A program made the translations under genes and the position numbers. The notes beneath the pieces were generated by a model. It saw only the letters and a list, made by a program, of their open reading frames with translations, had not been told where the DNA came from and searched no databases. A stretch of DNA of 42,585 nt from a virus. Lineage: Duplodnaviria > Caudoviricetes. Below, one piece after another: positions 1-8,734 of the stretch. The DNA is taken from positions 1 through 42,585 of IMG/VR virus record IMGVR_UViG_3300032373_000784. One strand, written 5' to 3'. Position 1 is the stretch's first letter, and each line of letters opens with the position of its first letter.

Positions 1-882
1 ACGGCGGACACCAAAATCCACTGTTCGGGTTCCACCAAACTTGGTACTTCCGAATTCCATTGCTGGAAAAAGGGTGGTCATGGGACTTTGGACCTACAGG
101 GCGCCATTGAGCATTCGTGCGATGTCTATTTCTACGATGTGGCGCGACGCACCGGGATTGATCGCATCGGCGCGATGGCGCGTCGTTTCGGCTTGGGCAC
201 GCGCCTAGGGCTCGACCTGCCGGGAGAAAAGACCGGCTTGGTGCCGTCGAACAAATGGAAATTGGGCGCTATTGGCACACCGTGGCAACTTGGCGAAACG
301 CTGATCGCGGGGATTGGACAGGGCTATATCCTCACCACGCCGTTGCAGTTGGCGGTGATGACCGCGCGTTTGGCCAACGGCGGCCACGCGGTGACGCCGC
401 GTTTGACCATGGAAAAGGTCACCGAAATGGGCAATGAGCCTTATCCAAATGAGGAAGCCATGCCGTTGGGGATCACGCCGGAGCATCTTGCCCTGGTCAT
501 GCAAGGTATGGATGACGTGGTCAACTCGCCCACCGGAACCGCGCGGCGTTCGCGCATCAAAGAACCGCAGTGGCGTATGGCGGGTAAAACCGGCACCGTC
601 CAGGTACGCCGCATCACCAAAGCCGAACGCGAAACTGGGGTGCTGAAAAATGATGATCTGCCGTGGAAAGAACGCGATCATGCGCTGTTCGTCGGCTACG
701 CCCCGGTCGATAGCCCGCGTTTCGCTGTGTCCGTGGTGGTGGAACACGGCGGCGGTGGCTCATCGACGGCCGCCCCGATCGCGCGCGATATATTGCGCGA
801 GACCCAGCGCCTAGCTGTGCTGCGTTCGGCGCCGGGACGCCAAGAAGCCCAGCACGATGACCATAAAGGCGGGAAGGCGTAA
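1..882 (+). CDS. mrdA: Penicillin-binding protein 2, C-terminal part (5'-truncated by the window)
   Basis: Frame open from base 1; SCD (SxN-like) and KTGT transpeptidase motifs, GIGQG, DHALFVGYAP; directly upstream of rodA. Confidence 0.95.
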   Translation, partial: TADTKIHCSGSTKLGTSEFHCWKKGGHGTLDLQGAIEHSCDVYFYDVARRTGIDRIGAMARRFGLGTRLGLDLPGEKTGLVPSNKWKLGAIGTPWQLGETLIAGIGQGYILTTPLQLAVMTARLANGGHAVTPRLTMEKVTEMGNEPYPNEEAMPLGITPEHLALVMQGMDDVVNSPTGTARRSRIKEPQWRMAGKTGTVQVRRITKAERETGVLKNDDLPWKERDHALFVGYAPVDSPRFAVSVVVEHGGGGSSTAAPIARDILRETQRLAVLRSAPGRQEAQHDDHKGGKA

Positions 883-884
883 TT

Positions 885-2042
885 ATGCTTTACCATGACG
901 GTTTGCTGTCCCATCCCAAAGTGAGTATCGGTCAGAAGCTTTTGCATTTGCATTGGCTGTTTGTGATTTTGTTGACACTGACCGCCAGCATCGGCTTCGC
1001 CATGTTGTACAGCGCCGCGGGCGGCGACTTCGATCCCTGGGCGTCGCGCCAGATGGTGCGTTTTGGCGTCGGGATGTTGGGTATGGTGGTGATCGCGGTA
1101 ACCGACATTCGCCTGTGGCTGCGCTATGCCTATGCTTTTTATTTCCTGGTTTTGGCCCTTTTGATCGGTGTGGAAGTCGCAGGCTTCGTCGGCATGGGCG
1201 CGCAACGCTGGATCAGTTTGGGCTTCTTTAATGTCCAACCGTCTGAATTGATGAAAGTCGCCATGGTGCTGGCGTTGGCGCGCTATTTCCACGGTGGTAG
1301 CATCGAAGACGTTGGCCGGATGATGTTTCTGGCGCCTCCGGCGATCATGGTGGCGGTGCCCGCTGTGTTGATCATTCGCCAGCCCGATTTGGGCACCACC
1401 TTGATGTTGGGACTCGCCAGCGTCGCGATGTTTTTTGCCGCGGGCGTGCGCATGTGGAAGTTCATTTTGGCGGGGATTTTGGGCCTGATCAGTGCGCCCG
1501 TGGCGTGGTTTACGATTTTGCGCGACTATCAAAAACAACGCATCCTGACCTTCCTCAACCCCGAAACCGATACTCTGGGTTCAGGCTATCACATCATTCA
1601 GTCTAAAATTGCGCTGGGTTCGGGCGGTATGTTCGGCAAGGGATTCATGCAAGGCACGCAGAGCCACTTGAACTTTCTACCCGAAAAACAGACTGATTTC
1701 ATTTTCACCATGCTGGCCGAAGAATTCGGCTTGGTCGGCGGGCTGACGTTGATTGCGCTGTATATCTTGTTGTTGGCCTACGGCTTCGTGATCGCCATGT
1801 CGTCGCGCAATCATTTTGGCCGTCTGGTGGGCATCGGAGTGACGGTGACGTTTTTCCTCTATATCTTCATCAACATCGCCATGGTTATGGGCTTGATCCC
1901 CGTGGTCGGCGTGCCGTTGCCGTTGGTGTCATACGGCGGCACTGCGATGTTGACGCTGTTGTTCGGCTTTGGGTTGCTGCTGTGCGTGCATATCCACCAA
2001 GACTTGACCATCGGACGGCGCGACAGCGGTGATGAATACTAG
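885..2042 (+). CDS. rodA: Rod shape-determining protein RodA (SEDS peptidoglycan glycosyltransferase)
   Basis: Multi-TM protein with GAQRWI, QPSE, QPDLGT, LPEKQTDFIF and SYGG motifs; follows mrdA. Confidence 0.96.
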   Translation: MLYHDGLLSHPKVSIGQKLLHLHWLFVILLTLTASIGFAMLYSAAGGDFDPWASRQMVRFGVGMLGMVVIAVTDIRLWLRYAYAFYFLVLALLIGVEVAGFVGMGAQRWISLGFFNVQPSELMKVAMVLALARYFHGGSIEDVGRMMFLAPPAIMVAVPAVLIIRQPDLGTTLMLGLASVAMFFAAGVRMWKFILAGILGLISAPVAWFTILRDYQKQRILTFLNPETDTLGSGYHIIQSKIALGSGGMFGKGFMQGTQSHLNFLPEKQTDFIFTMLAEEFGLVGGLTLIALYILLLAYGFVIAMSSRNHFGRLVGIGVTVTFFLYIFINIAMVMGLIPVVGVPLPLVSYGGTAMLTLLFGFGLLLCVHIHQDLTIGRRDSGDEY

Positions 2043-2136
2043 CCAAAGCGCTCGGCGTGAAATACGCACTTGCGCCGCCCCCATTGGGGCTTTATATCAA
2101 GCCATTCCATATGGACGTCAGGTTACGTCCACGTAT

Positions 2137-2215
<79 letters not shown>

Positions 2216-2217
<2 letters not shown>

Positions 2218-2256
2218 AACCCCAGCAATCTCAATAGGTTGCTGGGGTTTTTGTTG
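2216..2256 (+). terminator. Intrinsic terminator after tRNA (possibly bidirectional with int)
   Basis: AAAACCCCAGCAA...TTGCTGGGGTTTT stem followed by a T-rich tract. Confidence 0.75.
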
Positions 2257-2286
2257 CCTAGTTTTGATGGGAACATATACGGAACT

Positions 2287-2315
2287 AGTCGGACAGTTTA
2301 CAAAACTGTCCGACT
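2287..2315. promoter_or_regulatory. Putative integrase arm-type sites (perfect 13-bp inverted repeat)
   Basis: AGTCGGACAGTTT-aca-AAACTGTCCGACT between attL and the int stop; 12/13 copy at 39847-39859 next to attR. Confidence 0.6.
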
Positions 2316-2323
2316 TTTCGGGT

Positions 2324-3484
2324 TTAAGTGTTGTTCTCTTGTTCTCCTTCGAGGCGTTTAGTGAACGCCTTGCGCGCCATCTTTTTGGTGCGAACCATGT
2401 AGCGATCGATGATCTCTTCGACGGTCTTGAGTGAGTGTCCAGTGATTGATGCGATCAACTTGTTGTCGATTTCTTCTTCGGCCATGCGGGTGATTGCTGT
2501 GTGGCGCAAGTGCATGAACCAGAGCCCGCGGATATCTTGAGCGAGATCCATGTGCCCATCGATCTCGGCGAGCATCGCCGCCCAGGCGCGGATCTCGGCG
2601 AAGTCGTGGCGAAATGTGTCTTCGACGTAGGGCTGGCCGGTGGCTTCGTTGATGATGATATGGGTGCTGGTGACGGCTCGGGCTTTGGCGCGCTGCTTCT
2701 CCGCTTCCAGGCGCTCGACCAGGTGCGGTACCAGATCGACGGGCAACACGGTTTCGGCACCGGTCTTGGATTGTTTGACCTCAATCCCTTCGGTCGTGTA
2801 GCGGTCCCAGCGCCAGGCGAGGACGTCGCCCTGGCGTTGTCCGCACCATTCGTTGAGCATGACGGACGTGCCGATCGACCACCGCTCGGCCGCATCCGCT
2901 GCAGCGACCAGGTAATCCACTGCCTCGCGGCTCCAAATCTTGCCCTTCTTGGCGCTGTTGGTAAGCCTGATCTCGCGGGCTGGGTTGCTCTCAATCCAGT
3001 CCTCGCTGATGGCGAATTGGAGCAACACGCGCATCACGCGGATCGTGGCGTTGGCGGACGCCGGCGTTTTCGACATGGCTTGATAGAACGTTTTTATCCG
3101 TTTCGGCGTGATGGCTGCGACGGGTGCGCCGTCGCCCCAGGCCTCGATCTTGTCCAGGCACTGGTTGTATCCACGTTTCGATTTTTTGGCCAGGCGCGTA
3201 AAACTTACATCCTGACGGTAGGCATGGATCAGGGCGTTCATGGTGTGGGGCTTGGCAACGGGGCTGTTCGGCGAGTGGGTTTCTTCGTCTTTGCGCCAGG
3301 CATCGACGCGGGCATTGATCTCTTCGGCCTCGCGGATCGCGTCAACCTCGCGGCCAGTGTCTTCGGCCACGCGCACGTCTTTCCAGCCGGCTTTGCGGAG
3401 TGATGGGCTTGGTGCCCAGAAGTATCTGATTGTCCCGCGTCGGCCTGGCTTGGATACCAGGTGGCGGATTTTGATGCGTGCCAT
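2324..3484 (-). CDS. int: Tyrosine recombinase (phage integrase)
   Basis: Catalytic motifs GQRQGD, KT, HLRHT, TGH and final Y (DRY); adjacent to attL. Confidence 0.93.
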   Translation of the reverse strand: MARIKIRHLVSKPGRRGTIRYFWAPSPSLRKAGWKDVRVAEDTGREVDAIREAEEINARVDAWRKDEETHSPNSPVAKPHTMNALIHAYRQDVSFTRLAKKSKRGYNQCLDKIEAWGDGAPVAAITPKRIKTFYQAMSKTPASANATIRVMRVLLQFAISEDWIESNPAREIRLTNSAKKGKIWSREAVDYLVAAADAAERWSIGTSVMLNEWCGQRQGDVLAWRWDRYTTEGIEVKQSKTGAETVLPVDLVPHLVERLEAEKQRAKARAVTSTHIIINEATGQPYVEDTFRHDFAEIRAWAAMLAEIDGHMDLAQDIRGLWFMHLRHTAITRMAEEEIDNKLIASITGHSLKTVEEIIDRYMVRTKKMARKAFTKRLEGEQENNT

Positions 3485-3514
3485 GAGGCGTCCTCCTAAT
3501 CATGGGCTGCTTCA

Positions 3515-3748
3515 TTATGTGCGCGGAATGCCTCGTTTCGTCAATGGTGAGGCGTTTTCAAGCAGCGCCGCGCGTCGCGCTTGGGTGTGTGTCTTGAGCT
3601 CGTTCCAGAGCTTCGGATCCGCTTCGCCCACCTGGTCGATCGCTAGGCGATTGGTCTTGATCATGGCGTTGAGATCGTCTGCATCCTTGGCCATGGTGAC
3701 GGCCATTTTCAGGACGGCCGTCACCAGTTGGGCGTGGTCCCGGTTCAT
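3515..3748 (-). CDS. Phage hypothetical protein
   Basis: 77-aa ORF co-oriented with the early left operon. Confidence 0.5.
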   Translation of the reverse strand: MNRDHAQLVTAVLKMAVTMAKDADDLNAMIKTNRLAIDQVGEADPKLWNELKTHTQARRAALLENASPLTKRGIPRT

Positions 3749-3893
3749 GATGATGAATTACATCCACTTAGCCAAGAGCATCGTGGTGATGCGGCGGTGC
3801 TGCCGCTTTCGCATGGCCCTTCTTTCACGCAGGGTTCTGCAGACGGCCTTCTGTTTTTTTTGTGCTTCTTGCATCGATCAGTCCTCGTTTCGT

Positions 3894-4808
3894 TTACAGC
3901 GCTTCAAGGCGCGTGATAAGGCGGGCGCGGATTTCCGCTTCCCGTGCTAACAGTTCATCGCGCACGGTTGGGTCCACCCGCCACTTGACGGCATCCAAGA
4001 CGATTTCACGTAACCGCCTTGGCGGGATAGCTTCGGCCTGGGTGGTGCGGCCTGAAAAGCTGCGCTTGTCGGTCTTCTTTGGCGGGGCGGTGGGAAGGTT
4101 CATTTCTTCCACCTGTTCCGGCGTTACGGCCAAGCGGGTCACAATCACGTCGCCCTGGTAGTAGTCCACGAACGCCCGCAGGTCTTCGTCTAGGCTTGAG
4201 CAAATATGAACGCCGGACGGGTCGTGATCGCCGATGTGCAGGATTTCAACGCTGTCGTATTCAGATATCTTGTTCGCCATGTCGTGCTTGGTGGTGAGGC
4301 TGTCAAAGCCCCCGGACGAAAGCACGGGCACGCCATAATCATCAATGGCGTCGGCCAGTTGCGGGGCCATACCAGCAGCTTCACACCACACAAACAAATG
4401 GGTGTCTTGGCCGTCCTGGCGGTTGAGGCGAAATTCTTTTGTCCAATATTTGAATGTGCGGATTAGGCTTTCCTCACTCTTCCAGCCATCCGGGGTGATT
4501 TCCTTAAAGCCATCGTCGCGGATGTCTCCCATGTCGATAAGCTTGGCGCGGCGGGCCTTGTTCATGGTTTCACAAAGCCGCTTGTATGCTTGCTCTGTTT
4601 TGTCAAAACCTTCGTTCGACACCATCATGTAAAAAATCTGACGTAGCGTTAACGGCAGGATGTCCTCGTTCTCTGCCAAAATATCCTGGGCGATGCTGAC
4701 AATCTGCGCGGGCGAATGGGTGTATTTTGGATCGCCATAATCATCCGTAGGGATGCGGTCGCTAGGCGTCCAGTTTTCAATAAACCCCCGTGGGCGTGAT
4801 GTTGCCAT
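3894..4808 (-). CDS. Spo11/topoisomerase VI-A-like (wHTH + TOPRIM) protein
   Basis: LTLRQIFY (catalytic-Tyr helix), VWCE, GGFDS and IGDHDPSG (DxD) motifs; RBS AGGAG. Confidence 0.7.
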   Translation of the reverse strand: MATSRPRGFIENWTPSDRIPTDDYGDPKYTHSPAQIVSIAQDILAENEDILPLTLRQIFYMMVSNEGFDKTEQAYKRLCETMNKARRAKLIDMGDIRDDGFKEITPDGWKSEESLIRTFKYWTKEFRLNRQDGQDTHLFVWCEAAGMAPQLADAIDDYGVPVLSSGGFDSLTTKHDMANKISEYDSVEILHIGDHDPSGVHICSSLDEDLRAFVDYYQGDVIVTRLAVTPEQVEEMNLPTAPPKKTDKRSFSGRTTQAEAIPPRRLREIVLDAVKWRVDPTVRDELLAREAEIRARLITRLEAL

Positions 4809-4907
4809 CGTTCGTATCTCCTAGCGTTTGCGCGGCTGCATAAGTTGGCAACAACCGGGCATGTTGAAATTGTGCGGGGTTTCCACCCGCTGCCGGGGCC
4901 TATCCTC

Positions 4908-5282
4908 TCAAGGCTTGCCGTCTTCGCTCGGGCCGTGGCCGGTCGCGCAATTGGACGTTTCCGCACGAAGTGCGAAGCGGTAGCCGGTGGCGATTTCGGT
5001 GATGATTGTGAGGCGGGTTGCTTCGAGGTGTTGTCTGAGCCTGCATATCTGCGCGCGGACGGTTTCTTCTTGTGGCCAATCGCGAAATCCGCAATAGCTG
5101 TGCATGATGGAGTTGATCGGTGCGCAGTTTGGGTATTTGTCGTACAGCGCCTGGGCGAGGTCGGCTTGGCCGCGGGTGATCTTAATCTCGCGCCCATCGA
5201 TGGCGATGCGGTTGAGCATTCTGAGCACGGAAAAGCCGTCTTGCTCGGCGCGTGGATTTGTTTTTGATGGGCTGTGGTTCAT
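4908..5282 (-). CDS. Stand-alone OmpR/PhoB-type winged-helix DNA-binding protein
   Basis: IDGREIKIT...TVRAQICRLRQHL...IITEIATGYRF matches the Trans_reg_C pattern; no receiver domain. Confidence 0.65.
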   Translation of the reverse strand: MNHSPSKTNPRAEQDGFSVLRMLNRIAIDGREIKITRGQADLAQALYDKYPNCAPINSIMHSYCGFRDWPQEETVRAQICRLRQHLEATRLTIITEIATGYRFALRAETSNCATGHGPSEDGKP

Positions 5283-5620
5283 GGCTCTACCCTTGGAAAT
5301 GGTGGGGCGGTTTTATCAAGGGCGTCGCGGGCCTGATAGAAGGCTGGCATCACTTCATTGGCGGCGTCGTATTCTTCGATCATGGCCTCCAAGGCTTTGC
5401 GCAGGATATCAATGTCGGTGCCCAATTTGACCAAGGTTCCGAGGGTTAACACTTTCACGCCGGCGGGGGTTTCTATGGCTGGTGGGTTCATTGCGCGAAA
5501 GGTCATATCCGTGATTGCTTTCTTTAGCCCCTCGATCGTATCTGCGGCTTCGAGCATCAAGGGTTCGGTGCGGGCGTTTCCTGCGCCATCGCGGCGCAAA
5601 CGATCTGTGATCTCGCTCAT
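5279..5620 (-). CDS. Phage hypothetical protein
   Basis: MSEITDRLR...LMLEAADTIE is a common phage small-protein N-terminus; 4-bp overlaps with both neighbours. Confidence 0.6.
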   Translation of the reverse strand: MSEITDRLRRDGAGNARTEPLMLEAADTIEGLKKAITDMTFRAMNPPAIETPAGVKVLTLGTLVKLGTDIDILRKALEAMIEEYDAANEVMPAFYQARDALDKTAPPFPRVEP

Positions 5621-6030
5621 CGTGTGGTTCCCTTCCGTTTGTCCTTGGCGTCTGCGCGTGCCTGGGAGAACAGGCGGCAGAGTTGTGTGAATGCGCCTTT
5701 GCGTTTGCGCGTGCGCCAGGCGGTGAGGGCTTTGCCGAAACGTGGCCCCCAGCCTTTCCAGAAATTGTTGAACGCCTGTTGGCAAGCGGTGGTGCAAAAA
5801 TCGCGATCGGTGCGGGTGCTCTCAAAGGGCGCGTCGCACCAGTTGCAGGTGAGCGAGTGGGGTTGGCGTTGTTTCGCGATCTGGCGCTTTTGTTTTTCCC
5901 AGTCCTTGCGGCAATCGGCGCTGCAGCATCGCTGATCGTTTCTGCGTGGGGTGAACGGTGTTTTGCAGTAGGCGCATGTGGGTCGCGCGGCCTGGGTGTT
6001 CACTGGTCCTGTTTGGGGTTCCATGTACAC
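5617..6030 (-). CDS. Tandem zinc-finger protein
   Basis: Two CxxC...F...CxxxC units (CAYC..CCSADC; CNWC..FCTTAC). Confidence 0.65.
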   Translation of the reverse strand: MYMEPQTGPVNTQAARPTCAYCKTPFTPRRNDQRCCSADCRKDWEKQKRQIAKQRQPHSLTCNWCDAPFESTRTDRDFCTTACQQAFNNFWKGWGPRFGKALTAWRTRKRKGAFTQLCRLFSQARADAKDKRKGTTR

Positions 6031-6050
6031 GGATCCTGAAACTAGAGTTT

Positions 6051-6356
6051 TTAGCCGTTCGCCAGGGCAGCGGCGCGCTGATCGAGCTCCGCGTCCCAGT
6101 CGGTTTCCTGGGCTGTTCTGGCGGCTTTGCGGAGCTCGATCGGCATGCGCTCGTCCAACCAGAGATCAATCGCCTGCTCGTCCCAGCGCTGACCACGGCC
6201 GTTGCCGATGGCTGGCTTTGGCATTCCCTCAGCTTCGAGCCCGCGGCGGTTGCGGTAGAACAGCTCGACGTTGGGGGTCTCGTCCCCGGCTTCGTCCTCT
6301 TTGACGTAGCCGAGCTTGAGCGCGAGGCGGGCGGTGGTGAGCAAGCGGCGGGTCAT
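6051..6356 (-). CDS. AlpA/excisionase-like HTH protein
   Basis: Internal ATG (MTRRLLT) overlapping the upstream stop; GMPKP...RWDEQAIDLWL AlpA-like signature. Confidence 0.6.
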   Translation of the reverse strand: MTRRLLTTARLALKLGYVKEDEAGDETPNVELFYRNRRGLEAEGMPKPAIGNGRGQRWDEQAIDLWLDERMPIELRKAARTAQETDWDAELDQRAAALANG

Positions 6357-6760
6357 TGCGCCGGCACCGTGCCAGGCGCGGAGATCGCCGCGAGGCCGAC
6401 CATGGCACGTCGATGGCGGAGATCGTTTTGCGTGCGCACAAAATCGGCGGCCAGGCTGGGTTCGTTTGCGCTGGGCGGTTGTCCGCCCGGCCCGTTCAGC
6501 ACCTGCCAAGGGCTGGCGCTGGTGGCCATGGCGGCGATTGAGCCGTCGGTCATGTTGTGCAGCATGAAATACCGCGCAGGTTTTCCGTCGGCGGCAACGC
6601 GCCCCGATCCTTGACAGGTGCCGCAAGGTTCGCGGTGTGTGCCGATGATCATTTTGATGCCGTTGCCGCGGTTGACGGTTTTGATCACGTCGATGCGGCC
6701 TTCGCCGTTGCAGTTGCGGCAGGTGCGCAGGGTGGTGGAGTTTGTGGAGGTCGTTCCCAT
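6353..6760 (-). CDS. DnaJ-type zinc-finger (CxxCxGxG) protein
   Basis: CRNCNGEG and CGTCQGSG motifs; RBS GGAGG. Confidence 0.6.
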   Translation of the reverse strand: MGTTSTNSTTLRTCRNCNGEGRIDVIKTVNRGNGIKMIIGTHREPCGTCQGSGRVAADGKPARYFMLHNMTDGSIAAMATSASPWQVLNGPGGQPPSANEPSLAADFVRTQNDLRHRRAMVGLAAISAPGTVPAQ

Positions 6761-6763
6761 GGC

Positions 6764-7294
6764 TCAATCCTCCGCCGCGATCAGTTGTTCGAAGCGGTTG
6801 CCGATCGCCTTGACCAGATCGAAAGCGCGCTTGCGCAAGGTCACGTCGTCGATCTTGTAGTACGCGCGAACCAGTTCGAGGGTTTCGCGGCGTGCCAGAG
6901 GATCGCCGGTTTGTGTGGCGTCGATCTCGCTTGCTTTGTTGGTGGCGGCATAGTCGCCACGGGTGCGCTGAACCGCGCCGGGCATTTCATCAAAGAAATA
7001 CTGGATCTCGACGTCGAGAACGCCGGCGATCTGATAAAGGCGCGATGCGCCGATGCGGTTCGCGCCGCGTTCGTATTTTTGCACCTGCTGAAAAGTGAGG
7101 CCGATGGCTTCGCCGAGCTTTTCTTGGCTCATGCCGAGCAAAGTACGGCGCTGGCGCAGGCGGGCGCCGACGTGCACATCGACGGGCCGCGGCGTGCCAA
7201 GTGGCGGGCGTTGGTCCGGCGATAGCGGGGGTTGTGAAGTGGTGTTTGTGGTGGTGGTGGCGGTATCCATGCCGCCGATGGTGGGGGTATCCAT
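6764..7294 (-). CDS. XRE-family HTH regulator (PraR/PhrR-like)
   Basis: VDVHVGARLRQRRTLLGMSQEKLGEAIGLTFQQVQKYERGANRIGASRL; start reassigned to ATG 7294 after GGAGG. Confidence 0.85.
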   Translation of the reverse strand: MDTPTIGGMDTATTTTNTTSQPPLSPDQRPPLGTPRPVDVHVGARLRQRRTLLGMSQEKLGEAIGLTFQQVQKYERGANRIGASRLYQIAGVLDVEIQYFFDEMPGAVQRTRGDYAATNKASEIDATQTGDPLARRETLELVRAYYKIDDVTLRKRAFDLVKAIGNRFEQLIAAED

Positions 7295-7325
7295 AATCGC
7301 GTCCTCCGATAAGTTGTATCGAAGA

Positions 7326-7378
7326 AGTATCGTAATAGGAAACATTCAGTCAAGGATAAAAGTATCGTAATACGAAAC
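7326..7378 (-). promoter_or_regulatory. Leftward early promoter (PL-like) with two 17-bp operators
   Basis: Operators GTATCGTAATAGGAAAC (7327-7343) and GTATCGTAATACGAAAC (7362-7378); TTGACT-N16-GATACT on the minus strand. Confidence 0.7.
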
Positions 7379-7890
7379 TATTTGTTGTGGCGGTAGTCCC
7401 AAGCCGGTGCGCAGTCGCTGATCCAGATACCTTTTTTGGCTGCTTTTGCGGTGGTTTCGTCAGGTATGTAGCGTTCAGAGTAGCGGCGATACGCCCACGC
7501 CCAGCCCGTGAAGACAATCAAGGCGTTGAGGTCCTGGCCGTCGAGGTAGCAGGTTGCTACAGGGCGATGATACCGTTTGTCCCAACTTTCGATGTTGCAG
7601 CCGATGGTTCGGCCTTTTAGTCGTGCGGTTAGCCAGTGGGTCGCCTCCCGACCTGCTTGCAAGGTTTGGCCGTCGCGTTCACAGATTTGGTGGAGTTCAG
7701 GGGCGTCAAGGCCGTAGAGGCGAACGTTCCATCCGTCGAGATAAATTGTGTCGGCGTCAATGACTTGAGGTGCGCCTTTTAAATCGTAGGGGTGTTTGAG
7801 CACGGTGTGGATGGCGTGGTTGAGAAGCTCAAGGGCAATGCCGATCAGTATCAGTATGCCGATTAAGGCGAGCGTTTTCGCCAGTCCCAT
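7378..7890 (-). CDS. Thermonuclease (SNase-like) with N-terminal membrane anchor or signal
   Basis: VIDADTI, VRLYGLDAPE, LN..IV..GWA, E..AK..KKGIW motifs; hydrophobic N-terminus. Confidence 0.85.
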   Translation of the reverse strand: MGLAKTLALIGILILIGIALELLNHAIHTVLKHPYDLKGAPQVIDADTIYLDGWNVRLYGLDAPELHQICERDGQTLQAGREATHWLTARLKGRTIGCNIESWDKRYHRPVATCYLDGQDLNALIVFTGWAWAYRRYSERYIPDETTAKAAKKGIWISDCAPAWDYRHNK

Positions 7891-8246
7891 CAGTGCGTGG
7901 ATCCGCCTTCTGGCGGCGACATGGTGCGGCGCGTTTTCTGGGTTATCTTTTCGCGGGCGTCGTCTTCGGCCAATTGGGCACCCAGGTCGATGGCGTCTTT
8001 AAGAGTGTTGCGGGCGTGGCTCAGTTCGCGCCGCTTGAGGTTGGTTTCGACGGCCAGGGTGATGAGTGAGATGAAGCCGTAGCAAAGTGTCCCCAAACCG
8101 ATGAAGGCGAGGATCGCGTTGTCGTCCAAATGGATGTCACCGCGGCGGATCGTGAACAGTCGCAATTGCCAGGCGAAAAAGACGCAGAGCGCGCCGACGG
8201 CGGCGGCTTTAATCATCAGTGGGTGTCTCATCATTCGCATACTCAC
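7890..8246 (-). CDS. Small two-TM membrane protein
   Basis: Two hydrophobic segments; lies between the repressor and the nuclease, 1-bp overlap with the nuclease. Confidence 0.6.
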   Translation of the reverse strand: MSMRMMRHPLMIKAAAVGALCVFFAWQLRLFTIRRGDIHLDDNAILAFIGLGTLCYGFISLITLAVETNLKRRELSHARNTLKDAIDLGAQLAEDDAREKITQKTRRTMSPPEGGSTH

Positions 8247-8274
8247 TTTTGAGTGGTTTCTGCGGGCAAAAAAA

Positions 8275-8649
8275 TCAACCTGTATTCTTGTTGCGGGTGC
8301 TTTTGTGATCTTCGGTTGTATCGTCGCCGTCTTGTAGGTCGTGATCTGGTTCCGCCAACGTAGAAACTAGCTTGTGGGCAAATTTCTTTTGCTGATCGGA
8401 AAGGCCTCGGTAGAGGCCGAGCATGGCCTGTTCGTCCTTGGGGGGCGGTGCGGCGTCCTCGCCCAGTTCCGCCCAGTGGCATTCCAGGGCCCGCGCGAGT
8501 TTGCGCATCCATTCCATGGTCAGCTGGATGTCGCCTTTTTCCAGCTTGGAAATGGTCGCCTTGGTGGTGTGAACGGCGTCGGCCAATTGTTCCTGGCTGA
8601 GGCCGCGATCTTTGCGGATTTCTTTAATCCTGTTTTCCATATCAGCCAT
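8275..8649 (-). CDS. Phage repressor (CI-like, XRE HTH, no peptidase domain)
   Basis: NRIKEIRKDRGLSQEQLAD...ATISKLEKG; divergent from a cro-like gene across three operators. Confidence 0.85.
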   Translation of the reverse strand: MADMENRIKEIRKDRGLSQEQLADAVHTTKATISKLEKGDIQLTMEWMRKLARALECHWAELGEDAAPPPKDEQAMLGLYRGLSDQQKKFAHKLVSTLAEPDHDLQDGDDTTEDHKSTRNKNTG

Positions 8650-8650
8650 T

Positions 8651-8726
8651 GTATCGGCCCCCGATACTGTGGTCAGGATCGTATTTCGATACTAGATGTT
8701 GACTTTTTGTATCCATATCCGATACT
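8651..8726. promoter_or_regulatory. OR-like region: three 17-bp operators and rightward promoter
   Basis: GTATCGGCCCCCGATAC (8651-8667), GGATCGTATTTCGATAC (8676-8692), GTATCCATATCCGATAC (8709-8725); TTGACT-N16-GATACT (8699-8726). Confidence 0.75.
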
Positions 8727-8734
8727 CTTTGCGC

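Noticed and set aside
2501-3403. 300-aa plus-strand ORF opposite the integrase
   Set aside because: Antisense shadow of a high-GC gene; no motifs or supporting signals
6357-6767. N-terminal half of the 238-aa ORF 6051-6767
   Set aside because: Overlaps the CxxCxGxG gene; the AlpA-like protein more plausibly starts at 6356
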